Part shown: one piece after another, positions 57,470 through 57,585 of the stretch
Layout of the letters: each line of letters begins with the position of its first letter
Position numbering within the stretch: the stretch's first letter is position 1
Sequence record: MT682705.1
DNA: 57,585 nt
Origin: Escherichia phage vB_EcoS_SP8
Strand: one strand, 5' to 3'
Made by a program: the position numbers and the translations under genes
Notes under the pieces: generated by a model
The model's input: the letters and a program-made list of their open reading frames with translations, nothing else
Told to the model about the DNA's origin: nothing
Databases searched by the model: none

Positions 57470-57585
57470 TTTTACCTCTTATCTGTAAAATTAATAGATA
57501 TTTCAGGGCATACAAATATGGTAAATTAAATTAGAATATAAAACAATATTATCTATCGTCTTTAACCACATTATTTGGAGTGATT

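Noticed and set aside
1-57585. tRNA or other structured RNA genes
   Set aside because: No cloverleaf-like tRNA candidates were recognised by eye; this cannot be excluded without running tRNAscan or a covariance-model search.

Overview
The window reads as a complete or near-complete genome of a tailed dsDNA phage (siphovirus-like). All calls come from reading the ORF translations and the nucleotide sequence by eye; no database search was run, so every function is a motif- or synteny-based inference. The window starts exactly at an ATG and ends with an intergenic stretch carrying a GGAG that would serve as its ribosome-binding site on a circular map. Layout: (i) a minus-strand late block from about 24.3 kb down to 1 kb holding a lysis cassette (spanin pair, endolysin, holin), small and large terminase, portal, scaffold, major capsid, head-tail joining proteins, major tail protein, G/GT tail chaperone with a -1 frameshift, tape measure, minor tail proteins and a J-like tip protein; (ii) a plus-strand early/middle block (24.9-55.1 kb) with many small early genes, a primase-polymerase/helicase, two HNH endonucleases, dUTPase, RNase H, ATP-dependent DNA ligase, a Sak4-like ATPase / SSB-like / Cas4-like nuclease / SF2 helicase module, a 7-deazaguanine DNA-modification cluster (QueE, Gat-QueC, QueD, FolE, DpdA), a clamp-like protein and a family-B DNA polymerase; (iii) a minus-strand tail-fibre gene with a C-terminal intramolecular-chaperone domain at the window end. 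The gene content resembles the 7-deazaguanine-modifying phage 9g-like group. The most interesting loci are the DNA hypermodification cluster with an uncharacterised embedded ORF and an HNH insertion, a 1-kb repeat-rich non-coding region (27.0-28.1 kb), a low-GC three-gene island (30.2-31.3 kb), and a promoter-to-terminator monocistronic gene with host-like codon usage (45.5-46.4 kb). No tRNA, rRNA or CRISPR array was recognised. Start coordinates were adjusted from the ORF track, which uses non-ATG starts, where an ATG with a Shine-Dalgarno motif was visible. Regulatory-site and repeat coordinates are approximate to a few nucleotides.
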